Below the pieces are notes generated by a model. The model saw nothing but the letters and a program-made list of their open reading frames with translations, searched no databases and was not told the origin of the DNA. Below, in pieces: positions 18,863-28,650 of a stretch of DNA of 64,000 nt. The number at the start of each line of letters is the position of its first letter. The stretch's first letter is position 1. Source of the DNA: Aminivibrio sp. (GTDB taxonomy: Bacteria > Synergistota > Synergistia > Synergistales > Aminobacteriaceae); assembly GCF_016756745.1 (NCBI RefSeq), contig NZ_JAESIH010000059.1, positions 2,149 through 66,148 of the forward strand, written 5' to 3'. Both the position numbers and the translations under genes were made by a program.

Positions 18863-20137
18863 ATGGAATACGTATCTGTTAACCGTCTTAAATCGGGCAT
18901 GGTGCTTTCCGGGGATCTTATCGCCCCGAACGGCCGATTTATTCTGCCCAAGGGAGCCCGCCTGACCCCGAAAAACATCATGAGCCTCAAGATTTGGGGA
19001 GTCTCCGAGGTTCCCGTCGCAAAACCAAATGAACAGGAAGAACCGGGCGGCGATGAGCTCCTCTATTCCTCCGACGTCATGGATGAAGCCCGGGAAACGG
19101 TGCTGGACCTTTTCTCCGGCGTCCCTCCGGCCTCCCCTCTCATGAAGGAGGTCTTCACAGTCGCCGTGAGGGTAAGGGCGGGAAGGATCGCCGAAGGGTT
19201 TCCGGCAAAAATTCCCGGTTCCTTCACTTTCTCCCTCCCTCTCAAGCCCAGAATTTCCGACGAGAAAATCGACATGGAGGACATCCTCAGGACGGAAGTG
19301 GGGCTCACCTCCTTTCCCGACGTATATTTCCGGATCTCGGAGGCCCTGCAGTCACCGCAGAGCTCCGTCTCCCACATCGCCGATCTCATCAGCAAAGATA
19401 CCGCCCTCTCGGCCACCCTTCTGAAACTGGCCAACAGCGCCGTCTACGGCGTTCCCGGAAGGGTGGACTCCATTTTACGGGCGACCGCCCTCATCGGCGT
19501 GCGGGCCCTCTCCCTGCTTGCCCTCGGCGTATCCGCCGTCCAGAACTTCAAAGACATTCCCGTGGAATGGGTCAACATGGAGTCCTTCTGGAAACACTCC
19601 GTGTCCGTGGCGGTCATCGCCCAGATCCTCGCGTCGAAGAAAAACCCGAGGATCATAGAGCAGGCCTTCGTGGCGGGGATGCTGCACGACATCGGACGGC
19701 TCGTCCTTTTCCGCCACGCCCCCTTTACAATGGCGCGCCTCATCTCTGCCGCCGCGGAGCGGAGGGTCCCCCTGACGGCCCTCGAGAAGGAAGTACTCGG
19801 TTTCGACCACGGAGAACTGGGCGGGAGACTGCTGGAGCGGTGGAATTTCCCCCTGGCGCTTTCCGACATGGTTCTCCAGAACCATGAAACGGAAGAACAA
19901 ACCAAGGCCTTCCCCACCGCCCTCCTGGCAGCCTCCGACGTTCTCGCGGCCGCCATCGGCGAGGGAAACAGCGGGTCCCTTCATGTCTCCCCCATTCCGG
20001 ACAGCGTCTGGAAAGTGGTGGATCTTCCCTTTTCCGTGATAGATATGACGGCGCGACAGGCACACCGGCAGATTTCCGAAATTTACAGCCTTTTCAAAGG
20101 CGGCGATGACGATGGAAAAACAGTTCCTCACTCTTGA
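18863..20137 (+). CDS. HDOD-domain signal transduction protein
   Basis: SFPDVY, DTALSATLLKLANS, FWKHSVSVA, AGMLHDIGRL, FDHGELG...WNFP. Confidence 0.88.
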   Translation: MEYVSVNRLKSGMVLSGDLIAPNGRFILPKGARLTPKNIMSLKIWGVSEVPVAKPNEQEEPGGDELLYSSDVMDEARETVLDLFSGVPPASPLMKEVFTVAVRVRAGRIAEGFPAKIPGSFTFSLPLKPRISDEKIDMEDILRTEVGLTSFPDVYFRISEALQSPQSSVSHIADLISKDTALSATLLKLANSAVYGVPGRVDSILRATALIGVRALSLLALGVSAVQNFKDIPVEWVNMESFWKHSVSVAVIAQILASKKNPRIIEQAFVAGMLHDIGRLVLFRHAPFTMARLISAAAERRVPLTALEKEVLGFDHGELGGRLLERWNFPLALSDMVLQNHETEEQTKAFPTALLAASDVLAAAIGEGNSGSLHVSPIPDSVWKVVDLPFSVIDMTARQAHRQISEIYSLFKGGDDDGKTVPHS

Positions 20138-21827
20138 AAAGCTTCAGAACAGGATCATTTCGCTGGAGGAAGAGCGCATTGCCGTCACCAACGCCCTCGA
20201 CATCGCGCTCAAGATCAACGACATCCAGCCGGACGCCGCCGCGGAAGCCACGGTGGAATCCATCCTCGCCCTCTGCTATGAGCGCACGGGCAAGCTCATC
20301 GGCCTCAGGGGCGGGGCCTTCTATCTCTTCGGGCAGGAGGACGCCGGCTTCCAGCTTGCCTACGCCAGCTCTCCCGAGGCGAAAAAGAAGATTGAAAAGG
20401 AGCTTCCGGCCCTTATTGACGACGGAACCCTCGCATGGGTCGTCCAGACCGAGCGGGCCGTAACGGCCAAGTTTACCACGGGCGAGGATGTCTTCCTCCA
20501 CGCCCTCGCAACGCCGGGGCGGACCATGGGAGTCTTCATCGGCATCCTGAGGGACAAGAAAGAGGACATCCTCGACATCTGCTATGCCCTGCTCTCCATC
20601 TACTTCAGCCAGGTGGCGGGAGTCCTGCAGAACCGGGAGCTCTTCCGGATGGCGAAGAAGGAGAACAGCAGCCTGTCTTCCGCGGTCAACGTCCTGCGTG
20701 AGACGGAGGAAAAACTCGTCTCCCTGAACCGGACTCTGGAGGAGATGGTCCGGGAGCGGACCAGGGAACTGGAGAAGATCAACGAACGGCTCCTGGCGGA
20801 GATCGCCGAGAGAAAGCGCAAGGAGGAGGCGCTGCTCGAAAGCGAGGAACTTTCCGCAAGCCTTCTCAACCACTCTCCGAACCCCATCCTGGTGGTCAAC
20901 CCGGACACATCGGTGAAGTACATCAACTTCTCCCTAGAACAGCTCACAGGGTACTCTCTTGTAGAGGTCATCAACCGCAAGGCGCCCTACCCCTGGTGGG
21001 CTGAGGACGATCTCCATTTCATGTCTGAATACTACGGCATGGTCACCGCAAGGGGCACGACCAAAAGAGAACACCTCTTCAGGAAAAAGAACGGCGACCC
21101 TCTCTGGGTCGAAGTCAGCATGACCACCATCTTCGGAGAGAACGGCCCGAAGTACTCTATTGCAAACTGGGTGGACATCACCGAGCGGAAGTTGGCGGAG
21201 TCGGCCAGGGAACACGCCGAGCAGCTCCTCACGGAGACAAACGCCAAGCTCAGTGATACCCTGGACGGCATCGTGGTCTCCATGGCAAAGGTCGTTGAGA
21301 CCAGGGATCCTTATACCGCCGGCCACCAGGAGCGGGTTGCCCGGCTCGCCATAGCCGTCGCCAGGGAAATGGGCCTGCCCGAGGAACAGGTCCGGGGGGT
21401 GAGTGTGGCGGCGGTTCTCCACGACCTGGGGAAAATCGACGTGCCTGCGGAGATCCTGAGCAAGCCATCCCGCCTGAAGGACAAGGAATACAGCCTCATC
21501 CAGGACCACTGCATCGCCGGGTACGAAATCCTGAAGAACGTGGACTTTCCCTGGCCCGTGGCAAAAGCTGTGCTCCAGCACCACGAGCGGATGGACGGCT
21601 CCGGCTACCCCTCCGGAACGGCGGGGGACGAAATCCTGCTGGAGTCCAGGATTCTCGCCGTGGCGGACGTGGTGGAGGCCATGTCCTCCCACCGTCCCTA
21701 CAGGCCGAGCCTCGGCCTCGAACAGGGGCTCGGCGAAATCACCAGGCTCCGGGGGACAGGGTTTGATGAGAACGTCGTGGATGCCTGCCTGGCCATCTTT
21801 GCCAGGGGAGAGTCTCCCTGGGAGTGA
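20106..21827 (+). CDS. GAF/coiled-coil/PAS/HD-GYP c-di-GMP phosphodiesterase
   Basis: RDPYTAGHQERVA, HDLGKI, HHERMDGSGYP, HRPYRP. Confidence 0.88.
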   Translation: MTMEKQFLTLEKLQNRIISLEEERIAVTNALDIALKINDIQPDAAAEATVESILALCYERTGKLIGLRGGAFYLFGQEDAGFQLAYASSPEAKKKIEKELPALIDDGTLAWVVQTERAVTAKFTTGEDVFLHALATPGRTMGVFIGILRDKKEDILDICYALLSIYFSQVAGVLQNRELFRMAKKENSSLSSAVNVLRETEEKLVSLNRTLEEMVRERTRELEKINERLLAEIAERKRKEEALLESEELSASLLNHSPNPILVVNPDTSVKYINFSLEQLTGYSLVEVINRKAPYPWWAEDDLHFMSEYYGMVTARGTTKREHLFRKKNGDPLWVEVSMTTIFGENGPKYSIANWVDITERKLAESAREHAEQLLTETNAKLSDTLDGIVVSMAKVVETRDPYTAGHQERVARLAIAVAREMGLPEEQVRGVSVAAVLHDLGKIDVPAEILSKPSRLKDKEYSLIQDHCIAGYEILKNVDFPWPVAKAVLQHHERMDGSGYPSGTAGDEILLESRILAVADVVEAMSSHRPYRPSLGLEQGLGEITRLRGTGFDENVVDACLAIFARGESPWE

Positions 21828-21881
21828 CGGGAAAAAATATGCACAACGGCCGGAGATCTGAGCCCCCGGCCGTTGTTTTCG

Positions 21882-22100
21882 TGGAAGCATCGCGGACTGT
21901 TGAAGAATGCCGGCCGACTCTATACGACATTGGCGCTTGTGAACCTTTATCTTGTTCAGGACAAGAACCCCTGTCCCACAAGGCACAAGGGCGTAATGTC
22001 TCAAAAAAGCCCTGAAATTGTGGAAATGTCCCATTTAAAGAGTGTTTTCCCCTCTTTTTCTGTGGATAACTGGAGAAAACGAAGCGTCTAGAGCTGCTGT
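21882..22100 (+). mobile_element. IS5-family transposase 3' remnant
   Basis: WKHRGLLKNAGRLYTTLALVNLYLV resembles the IS5 C-terminal RYRGLxKN...LFALxNL motif; no DDE core remains. Confidence 0.6.
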
Positions 22101-22290
22101 AAAATTTTTTTACTGGAACCTACAAAAGTGAAACATACCCCTTATTTTCAGAGGTTTTCTAAGAAACGCAGCACCCAAGAGGTTGCCGCACGGAAGATCA
22201 CCCCGCTCTTGCGGAAAATCTGACGAAAAAAGGGTTCCGCCATGGGACGCGCCACGAACACCCCGGATCTGAATTTCACTATAAAGGAGA

Positions 22291-23076
22291 ATGACAATGA
22301 ACGTGAACGTGAAGAAAATTGCACAAGAATTGTTTGACGCGGAAAAAGGACGTTTCCAGATTACCATGCCCACCGTATCCTACCCGAGCATGACGGCGGA
22401 AGACGCCTACGCAGTCCAGCTGGAAAATATAGCGAGAAAAGTCTCGGCGGGAGAACACATCATCGGCATGAAAATCGGATTGACCAGCAAGGCCATGCAA
22501 AATCTTCTGCACGTGAACGAACCGGATTATGGTCATTTGACCGATAAAATGCTGCTTTCGGAGGGAGAAAATTGCCCCATCAATGAGTTGATTCAGCCGA
22601 AAGCAGAGGGCGAGCTCGCGTTTTGTCTCAAAAAAGCTTTGAAGGGACCGGCCGTTACGATCGCAGATGTTTATAACGCTACCGGTTGGGTCGTTCCCGC
22701 TATTGAAATAGTGGACAGCCGTATTAAGGACTGGAAAATCACGCTTCTCGATACCATAGCGGACAACGGTTCCAGCGCACGATTTGTGCTGGGCGGCAAA
22801 ATGACGCCCATCGCTCAGGTGGACATGCGCTTGACCGGCATGACTCTTGAAAAAAACGGAGAACTCGTCAACAGCGGCACGTGCGCCGAAGTATGGGGAA
22901 ACCCTGCGGCGGCGGTTGCATGGCTTGCAAATAAACTTTCCGAATTCAACATAGAACTGAAAGAAGGAGACATCGTCATGGCAGGCGCTCTGACTGCGGC
23001 GCAGCCAGTTGTAAGAGGAGACAGCATCACCGTGAGTTTCCACGGCATGGGAAGCGTAACGGTTGCTTTTCAATGA
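22291..23076 (+). CDS. mhpD: 2-keto-4-pentenoate hydratase (FAH superfamily)
   Basis: DAYAVQ, GMKIGLTS, PDYGHL, AEGELAF, IEIVDSR, ADNGSS, GNPAAAVAWLAN; more AT-rich than its flanks. Confidence 0.88.
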   Translation: MTMNVNVKKIAQELFDAEKGRFQITMPTVSYPSMTAEDAYAVQLENIARKVSAGEHIIGMKIGLTSKAMQNLLHVNEPDYGHLTDKMLLSEGENCPINELIQPKAEGELAFCLKKALKGPAVTIADVYNATGWVVPAIEIVDSRIKDWKITLLDTIADNGSSARFVLGGKMTPIAQVDMRLTGMTLEKNGELVNSGTCAEVWGNPAAAVAWLANKLSEFNIELKEGDIVMAGALTAAQPVVRGDSITVSFHGMGSVTVAFQ

Positions 23077-23104
23077 ATATTCCAGGAAGGGGGAAATGCA
23101 TGAT

Positions 23105-23170
23105 ATGAAGAAGATGAATGTGGGCATCATCGGACCCGGCAACATCTGGACCAATCTGATGTATGTATGA
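23105..23170 (+). pseudogene. mhpF: 5' stub of acylating acetaldehyde dehydrogenase (MhpF/DmpF-like)
   Basis: MKKMNVGIIGPGNIWTNLMYV* resembles KVAIIGSGNIGTDLM; GGAAGGGGG RBS; stops 7 bp before the repeat at 23178. Confidence 0.7.
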
Positions 23171-23177
23171 TGTATAA

Positions 23178-23228
23178 CCTAAATCCGCACCCCAGCGGGG
23201 AGCGTCACCGGGGACCGCGGATTTAAGG
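23178..23228. repeat. Mini element of CCTAAATCCGC family (both termini, 51 bp)
   Basis: CCTAAATCCGCACCCCAGCGG...GCGGATTTAAGG. Confidence 0.75.
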
Positions 23229-23286
23229 AGCAAAAACGGCTTCCCGGGTCCGGGAAGCCGCCCGAAGAATCTCACGGGATGGAGCA

Positions 23287-26133
23287 TCAGGAGATGCGCC
23301 CCTCCCTGCTTTTCCATTTCACGGCGTACATCTCCTCGTCCGCCCGGACGAGGAGTTCCCGCGCCGTGGAGCCGTCGTCGGGGAAAATGGCGACGCCCAT
23401 GCTGCCGTGGACGGACAGGAGCCTCCCCCCGGCCGGGAAGGGTTCCGAAAAGGCGTCGTGATGAATTCTCGCAAGAAATGTGTTCACCTCTTCACGGGAA
23501 AAAAATCCGTCCAGGACAAGAACGAATTCGTCTCCTCCGAGACGGGCTGCGGTGTCCTGCTCCCGGATGAGTCCCGTCAGCCTCCGGGCAACGGAGACGA
23601 GCAGGAGATCCCCTGTCTCATGGCCGTAGGTGTCGTTCACTTCCTTGAACTCGTCCAGATCGATGAAGACCACCGCGGCAAGGGACCGCTCCCTCCTGGC
23701 CCTGGCGATGACCATCTCCAGGCGGTCCAGGAGCAGATACCGGTTCGGCAGTCCCGTGAGGGAATCGTGGTAGGCCATGTAGCTCAGCCGCTCCTGCTCA
23801 GTCTTGATGTCTCCTATGTGGGTCAGCACTCCCGCATAATGGGTGACCTTTCCTTCAGAATCCTTCACCGCCGTTACGGTTAGCCACACGGGGTAAGCCT
23901 CGCCGTCCTTCCGGCGGTTCCACACCTCTCCCTGCCAGACCCCGTTGCGCCGCAGGGAATCCCAGAAGCGCTCCGACGTCTCCGAATGGATCCTCTGGGC
24001 GGAAAATATGCCCGGTCTCCTGCCCCGGATCTCATCCAGGGTATAGCCAGTAAGCTCCTCGAGAGCGGAGTTCCCGTCCTCGATGAACCCTTCGGCGTCG
24101 GTGACTACGATCCCCTCGGTGGTGGTTCTGAGGAATTGCTCGGCAAGCTGGAGCCTGTCAATCATGGCCTTCCTGTCGGTAATGTCCTGAAGGGCGACGA
24201 AGACGGCATCCTCGCCGCCGAAGGAGATGGCGCCGGCGGAGAGAAGGGCCCACCGGATCTCACCGTCCGGCTTGCGGAAAGCCGCTTCCCTCCCCTGAAG
24301 ATGTCCCGCGGCGAATACCTCGTCTACGAAACCATAAAAGGCCCCGGGGTTCACCAGAAGGTGAAGATCGGTCAGGAGATTTTTCCCCATCGCCAGGGAA
24401 GCCTTCAGACCGAAAAAATCCTCTCCCCGGGAATTGGTGAAGAGCACCCTTCCCTCCGGCGAAATCACCGCCACGGGAAAAGGAACATCCTTCATCAGGA
24501 AGCGGAACCGGGACTCACTCTCCCGGAGTTCCGCCGTCCTCCGCTCCACTGCCGACTCCAGCGTCTCCCGGGCACGGAAAGCCGCACCGACGAGAACCGT
24601 CACGGACAGGGTTATGGTCAGGCCCGTCACCAGGGCCATCCGGCCGGCGCGGATGGGGTGGTGAAGATAAAAGAAGTCGCCGGGCCGCATTTCCGCCGCG
24701 AAGGTTCTGCCGAAGGCGAAAATGGGGCGGATACTGCACAGGGGATCGCCCAAGGAAACGGTTACCCCGGAAAATTCCTGCGAACCGTCAGTGCCCCCCG
24801 TCCCGGCAATGAAGAGGGGCTTCCCTTCGCCAAGCTGCCAGAGGCCCATGGACATCTCGGCTTCTCCTCCTCTTTGGACCCGGGCCAGCAGAACATCCAG
24901 CCCCAGGGTGACGGCGGCGAAGCCCCGGAGGCGGGACGAGCCGTCCCCGGAGAAGACCGGGCGGTAGACCGTCAACCCCTTGCCTCTTCCGGCGCCTTCA
25001 GGAAGGTTAAATATGTCCGACGCCGAGGGAAGCCTCGTTTCCGCGGCCCGCCTCATGGCCCCGGCTGCGCCGGGTTCCTCTCCCTGCCGCCTGTTCATCC
25101 GGCGGGAGGGAAGAGACGCTCCCGCCGAAGAAAGACCGCTCTCCTCCGGGCCGACGGGAATCCAGGCCGCGGAGATCACCTCCGGAAGCGCCTCCAGGTG
25201 GTCTATAAACCGTTCAAGAGGTTCGACGGACAGATTCCTTTCGGCTTCGACGAACCTCCCCAGGCTCTCCAGGGACATATTCCGGATATTGTCAAAGAGC
25301 ATGTGAAGCCCTCCTGATCGGGCGTCGGCGATTAAGGAGAAGGAGTGCCGGTTGTCCCGGAATTCCTTCTCGTGGGCCAGTCTTGCAAAGGAGAAGGTGA
25401 GCACCAGCCCCGCCGTCAGGGCGAGGACAGCCTCACCGTGGCGGAAGATCCGCCGTCCTTCCCCCTCGGGGAGGGAGCGTCTCCGGAGGAGGAATCCGCC
25501 GCAGAAAAGAATCGCCGCGAGAAGCAGGGCCGTCCCGATGGGCAGCAGGGACGCCCGGAGAACATCCCCCTGCCAATGCCCGGCGTCGATGTCCAGAGCG
25601 AGGACGGCGACGATTTCTCCCGTGGCGGGGTCGGACACGGGGTACCACGTGGAAACCCAGGTCCCCCACCGGTCGGTGATGGGCCCCACGGTGACGGGAC
25701 GTTTCTCTTCGAAGGCCGGAAGAAAACCGGGGTCCATCTCCTCATACACGTCCCCCGGCGGGGACTCGTCCTCGGAACCGGGAAGCTCCGAGTCGACGTA
25801 GAAAAATATGGCGCCGTCGGGACGGCGTCCCACGAGAGTGATGAACTTGCTCCTCGGAAAGGCCCGGAGGGCGGCCCGGAAATGTTCCTTGAACCGCCGG
25901 TACTCCGGAAGGAGAAGGTCATCGCCGGTTCCGGAGAGGGCCCTGACCTGGTCAAGCCGGATGGTCTCGGCCAGGAGACGGGTCTGGCGAAGCAGCTCTT
26001 CCCTCATGAAACGATCCGCGTCCTTCATTCTCCATCGGCCGATGACCGCCCCCCCGGCGAGCACCGCAGCAGCGAGAAGAAACCAGAGAACAGGCAGACG
26101 GACTAAAGCGCCTGCGCGACAAAACCGTTTCAT
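23287..26133 (-). CDS. Membrane sensor diguanylate cyclase (periplasmic sensors, two PAS, GGDEF)
   Basis: AYHDSLTGLPNR, IDLDEFKEVNDTYGH, REQD I-site, RLGGDEF. Confidence 0.88.
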   Translation of the reverse strand: MKRFCRAGALVRLPVLWFLLAAAVLAGGAVIGRWRMKDADRFMREELLRQTRLLAETIRLDQVRALSGTGDDLLLPEYRRFKEHFRAALRAFPRSKFITLVGRRPDGAIFFYVDSELPGSEDESPPGDVYEEMDPGFLPAFEEKRPVTVGPITDRWGTWVSTWYPVSDPATGEIVAVLALDIDAGHWQGDVLRASLLPIGTALLLAAILFCGGFLLRRRSLPEGEGRRIFRHGEAVLALTAGLVLTFSFARLAHEKEFRDNRHSFSLIADARSGGLHMLFDNIRNMSLESLGRFVEAERNLSVEPLERFIDHLEALPEVISAAWIPVGPEESGLSSAGASLPSRRMNRRQGEEPGAAGAMRRAAETRLPSASDIFNLPEGAGRGKGLTVYRPVFSGDGSSRLRGFAAVTLGLDVLLARVQRGGEAEMSMGLWQLGEGKPLFIAGTGGTDGSQEFSGVTVSLGDPLCSIRPIFAFGRTFAAEMRPGDFFYLHHPIRAGRMALVTGLTITLSVTVLVGAAFRARETLESAVERRTAELRESESRFRFLMKDVPFPVAVISPEGRVLFTNSRGEDFFGLKASLAMGKNLLTDLHLLVNPGAFYGFVDEVFAAGHLQGREAAFRKPDGEIRWALLSAGAISFGGEDAVFVALQDITDRKAMIDRLQLAEQFLRTTTEGIVVTDAEGFIEDGNSALEELTGYTLDEIRGRRPGIFSAQRIHSETSERFWDSLRRNGVWQGEVWNRRKDGEAYPVWLTVTAVKDSEGKVTHYAGVLTHIGDIKTEQERLSYMAYHDSLTGLPNRYLLLDRLEMVIARARRERSLAAVVFIDLDEFKEVNDTYGHETGDLLLVSVARRLTGLIREQDTAARLGGDEFVLVLDGFFSREEVNTFLARIHHDAFSEPFPAGGRLLSVHGSMGVAIFPDDGSTARELLVRADEEMYAVKWKSREGRIS

Positions 26134-26296
26134 TCTGACCGGAGCCTTTCTGAATTCACGTCTTCAGCCTCCCTGATTTTGAGAACGACAGGCTTCCAGT
26201 GCTCATTCCCCCTTGCAGGGAATAGCAAAACGGGGCAGAATTTCTACATTTTATTATAAAACAAATACGTGTTTATTCCGAGAGACGACAAAAAAT

Positions 26297-26451
26297 CTAA
26301 ATCCGCTAATTTTTCAGGCAGAGGGAGTGTCACAAGGCACACGGTGAATTCGCCCTCCTCAGGGGAAGGGCGCCCAGGAAAAAAACGACACGGATGTCGG
26401 TTTCACGGGCCAACCGGTGAACGCAGGGAGCCGCTGGGGTGCGGATTTAGG
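26297..26451 (+). mobile_element. Internally deleted MITE-like element (155 bp)
   Basis: CTAAATCCGC...TTTTTCAGGCAGAGGGAGTGTCAC left end, GCGGATTTAGG right end, flanked by AAAAAT direct repeats (26291-26296, 26452-26457). Confidence 0.75.
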
Positions 26452-26475
26452 AAAAATACAATATGCCCCCCGCAT

Positions 26476-27258
26476 TCAGTCCCCCTGCCGGGCCAGCCTG
26501 CTCCGGAAGATTCTCAGCCGATCTTTCAGCGGAGGGAGGTTCCTTTCAACCGAGACGATGTCCCCCGTCCCGCCGTCGAGGATGTTCTCCCGGAGAACAT
26601 GCACCCGATCGTCCGGAAAATAGGCGTTCCTGTGGAGATGGCCGCAGAACCAGCGCTCATATTCCGTCTCTTTCCGTATCTCCTCGAGATACAGGGAAAC
26701 GGGATCCCCGGCGAGGTACTTGGCGAGGTTCGTCGCCCGGAGGATTCCTTCCGGGGCGGTATGGGTGAGAATCCAGTCCACCGTCCACCCGGCGGACTCG
26801 AGGGAATCGAGTCCCCGGCGGAATTCCTCCTCCGAGGGGATCTCCCTCCTCCACCAGGACTTCCCCGCCGTCCGCCCGTGCCTGTCGAGACTCCTGGCCC
26901 CACCGAAGACGAAGCACTTCTTCCCTTCCAGGGTGTAGACGTACCCCCGCCTGAGGTGGAAGACATGGGGAGCGGCCACCCCAACCGGGGCGCCGTACCG
27001 CTCTTCCTGCGGCAGGGCGTCAAGCAGGGTGAAATTTTCGTGGTTGCCGTCGAGAAAGAGGGTTGTCCATGGCCGTGAACTCAGCCGTTTCAGCTCTTCC
27101 CTTTCCCGCTCAGAAGGAGGGTCGCTCCAGAAAAGCCCGAAATCCCCGAGGATCACCACCAGGTCGTCCCTCGAAAGGCTCTCCCCAGAGGGAAAGTTCC
27201 CAGGGGAAAAGCGGTCCATTCCGTACACTCCGTGGGTATCCCCTGTCAGGTAGATCAT
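26476..27258 (-). CDS. Metallophosphoesterase (calcineurin-like)
   Basis: GDTHG, LGDFG, DGNHEN, THTAP, CGHLH. Confidence 0.88.
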   Translation of the reverse strand: MIYLTGDTHGVYGMDRFSPGNFPSGESLSRDDLVVILGDFGLFWSDPPSEREREELKRLSSRPWTTLFLDGNHENFTLLDALPQEERYGAPVGVAAPHVFHLRRGYVYTLEGKKCFVFGGARSLDRHGRTAGKSWWRREIPSEEEFRRGLDSLESAGWTVDWILTHTAPEGILRATNLAKYLAGDPVSLYLEEIRKETEYERWFCGHLHRNAYFPDDRVHVLRENILDGGTGDIVSVERNLPPLKDRLRIFRSRLARQGD

Positions 27259-27375
27259 GACCTTCCTCCTTCCGCATGCCCCCTTTTTCTCCGGCAGGGG
27301 TCATGAAAGATCCTTCAATTATAACCGGAATATTGTGCTAAAATTCTTTCCAAAATCCCATGCAGGAGGCGCACC

Positions 27376-28644
27376 ATGACTACTACTGTCCAAAATACCC
27401 TCGCAATCGTCTGCGGAGGCGGCCCTGCCCCCGGCATCAACAGCGTGATCAGTTCGGTGACCATAGAGGCGAAGAAGTCAGGCTGGGAGGTCTTCGGCAT
27501 TTACGACGGCTTTTCCAACCTGGCGATGGGGGAGAAAAAGATCATCCCCCTCACCATCGACATGGTGAGCCGGATCCACTCCGACGGAGGAAGCATCCTG
27601 AAAACCTCCCGGTTCAATCCCACAAAGAGCGACGAACATCTGCGCAGTGTGGTGGATACCCTTATAGAACTGGGAGTCACCCACCTGGTGACCATCGGAG
27701 GCGACGATACGGCCTACGCCGCGTCCCGCATCGCCGGCTACGCGAAGAACAGCCTGGGGCTCACCATCAGCTTCGCCCACGTGCCCAAGACCATCGACAA
27801 CGACCTTCCCCTCCCTGAGGGCATCCCCACCTTCGGCTTCGAGACCGCCCGCTCCCTGGGCGCCCAGCTCGTCTCGAACCTGATGGAGGACGCCAAGACC
27901 ACCGGCAGATGGTTCCTCGTGGTGGCCATGGGCAGGGTGGCGGGCCATCTTGCCCTCGGCATCGGCAAGAGCGCAGGCGCCACCATCACCGTCATCCCCG
28001 AGGAATTTTCCGCGAACGAGAAAATCCCCCTCTCCCTGGTGGTCGACATCATCACCGGCTCCATCATCAAACGTCTCGCCTCGGGAAGAAACTACGGCGT
28101 CGCCGTGACGGCGGAGGGTCTCATCGAGAAAATACGAATCGAGGACCTCGAGGCCGCCGACTGCCTTGAATACGACGACCACGGGCACATCCGCTACGCG
28201 GAGATCAATTTCTCCGACGTGCTGAAAAAGGAACTGCTGGCAAACCTCAACGCTCTGGGGATCAAGATGACCATCAACAACAAGGAAGTGGGCTACGAGG
28301 TCCGGTGCGCCCCGCCCAACGCCTTCGACATCGAGTACACCCGAAACCTCGGCTACGCGGCCTTCGACTTCCTCCGGAGCGGAGGCACCAACGCCCTCAT
28401 CACCATACAGAACAACATGATCGTCCCCATCTCCTTCGACGATATCCTCGACCCGGTGACGAAAAAGACGCGCATCCGCAAGGTGAACACGGAATCAATC
28501 CAGTACCGGATCGCCAGGGAGTACATGATACGGCTGGAGAAGCGGGACTTCCAGGGAGGCATCGACTTCGAGAAGCTGGCTGTGGCGGCGAAGCTCCCCC
28601 CTGACGAGTTCCGCAGGCGTTTCCAGTACGTGACCGAATACTGA
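27376..28644 (+). CDS. pfp: Pyrophosphate-dependent phosphofructokinase
   Basis: GGGPAPGIN, GGDDT (Asp at the specificity position), PKTIDND, MGRVAGHL, GYEVRC. Confidence 0.85.
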   Translation: MTTTVQNTLAIVCGGGPAPGINSVISSVTIEAKKSGWEVFGIYDGFSNLAMGEKKIIPLTIDMVSRIHSDGGSILKTSRFNPTKSDEHLRSVVDTLIELGVTHLVTIGGDDTAYAASRIAGYAKNSLGLTISFAHVPKTIDNDLPLPEGIPTFGFETARSLGAQLVSNLMEDAKTTGRWFLVVAMGRVAGHLALGIGKSAGATITVIPEEFSANEKIPLSLVVDIITGSIIKRLASGRNYGVAVTAEGLIEKIRIEDLEAADCLEYDDHGHIRYAEINFSDVLKKELLANLNALGIKMTINNKEVGYEVRCAPPNAFDIEYTRNLGYAAFDFLRSGGTNALITIQNNMIVPISFDDILDPVTKKTRIRKVNTESIQYRIAREYMIRLEKRDFQGGIDFEKLAVAAKLPPDEFRRRFQYVTEY

Positions 28645-28650
28645 GGAGGG

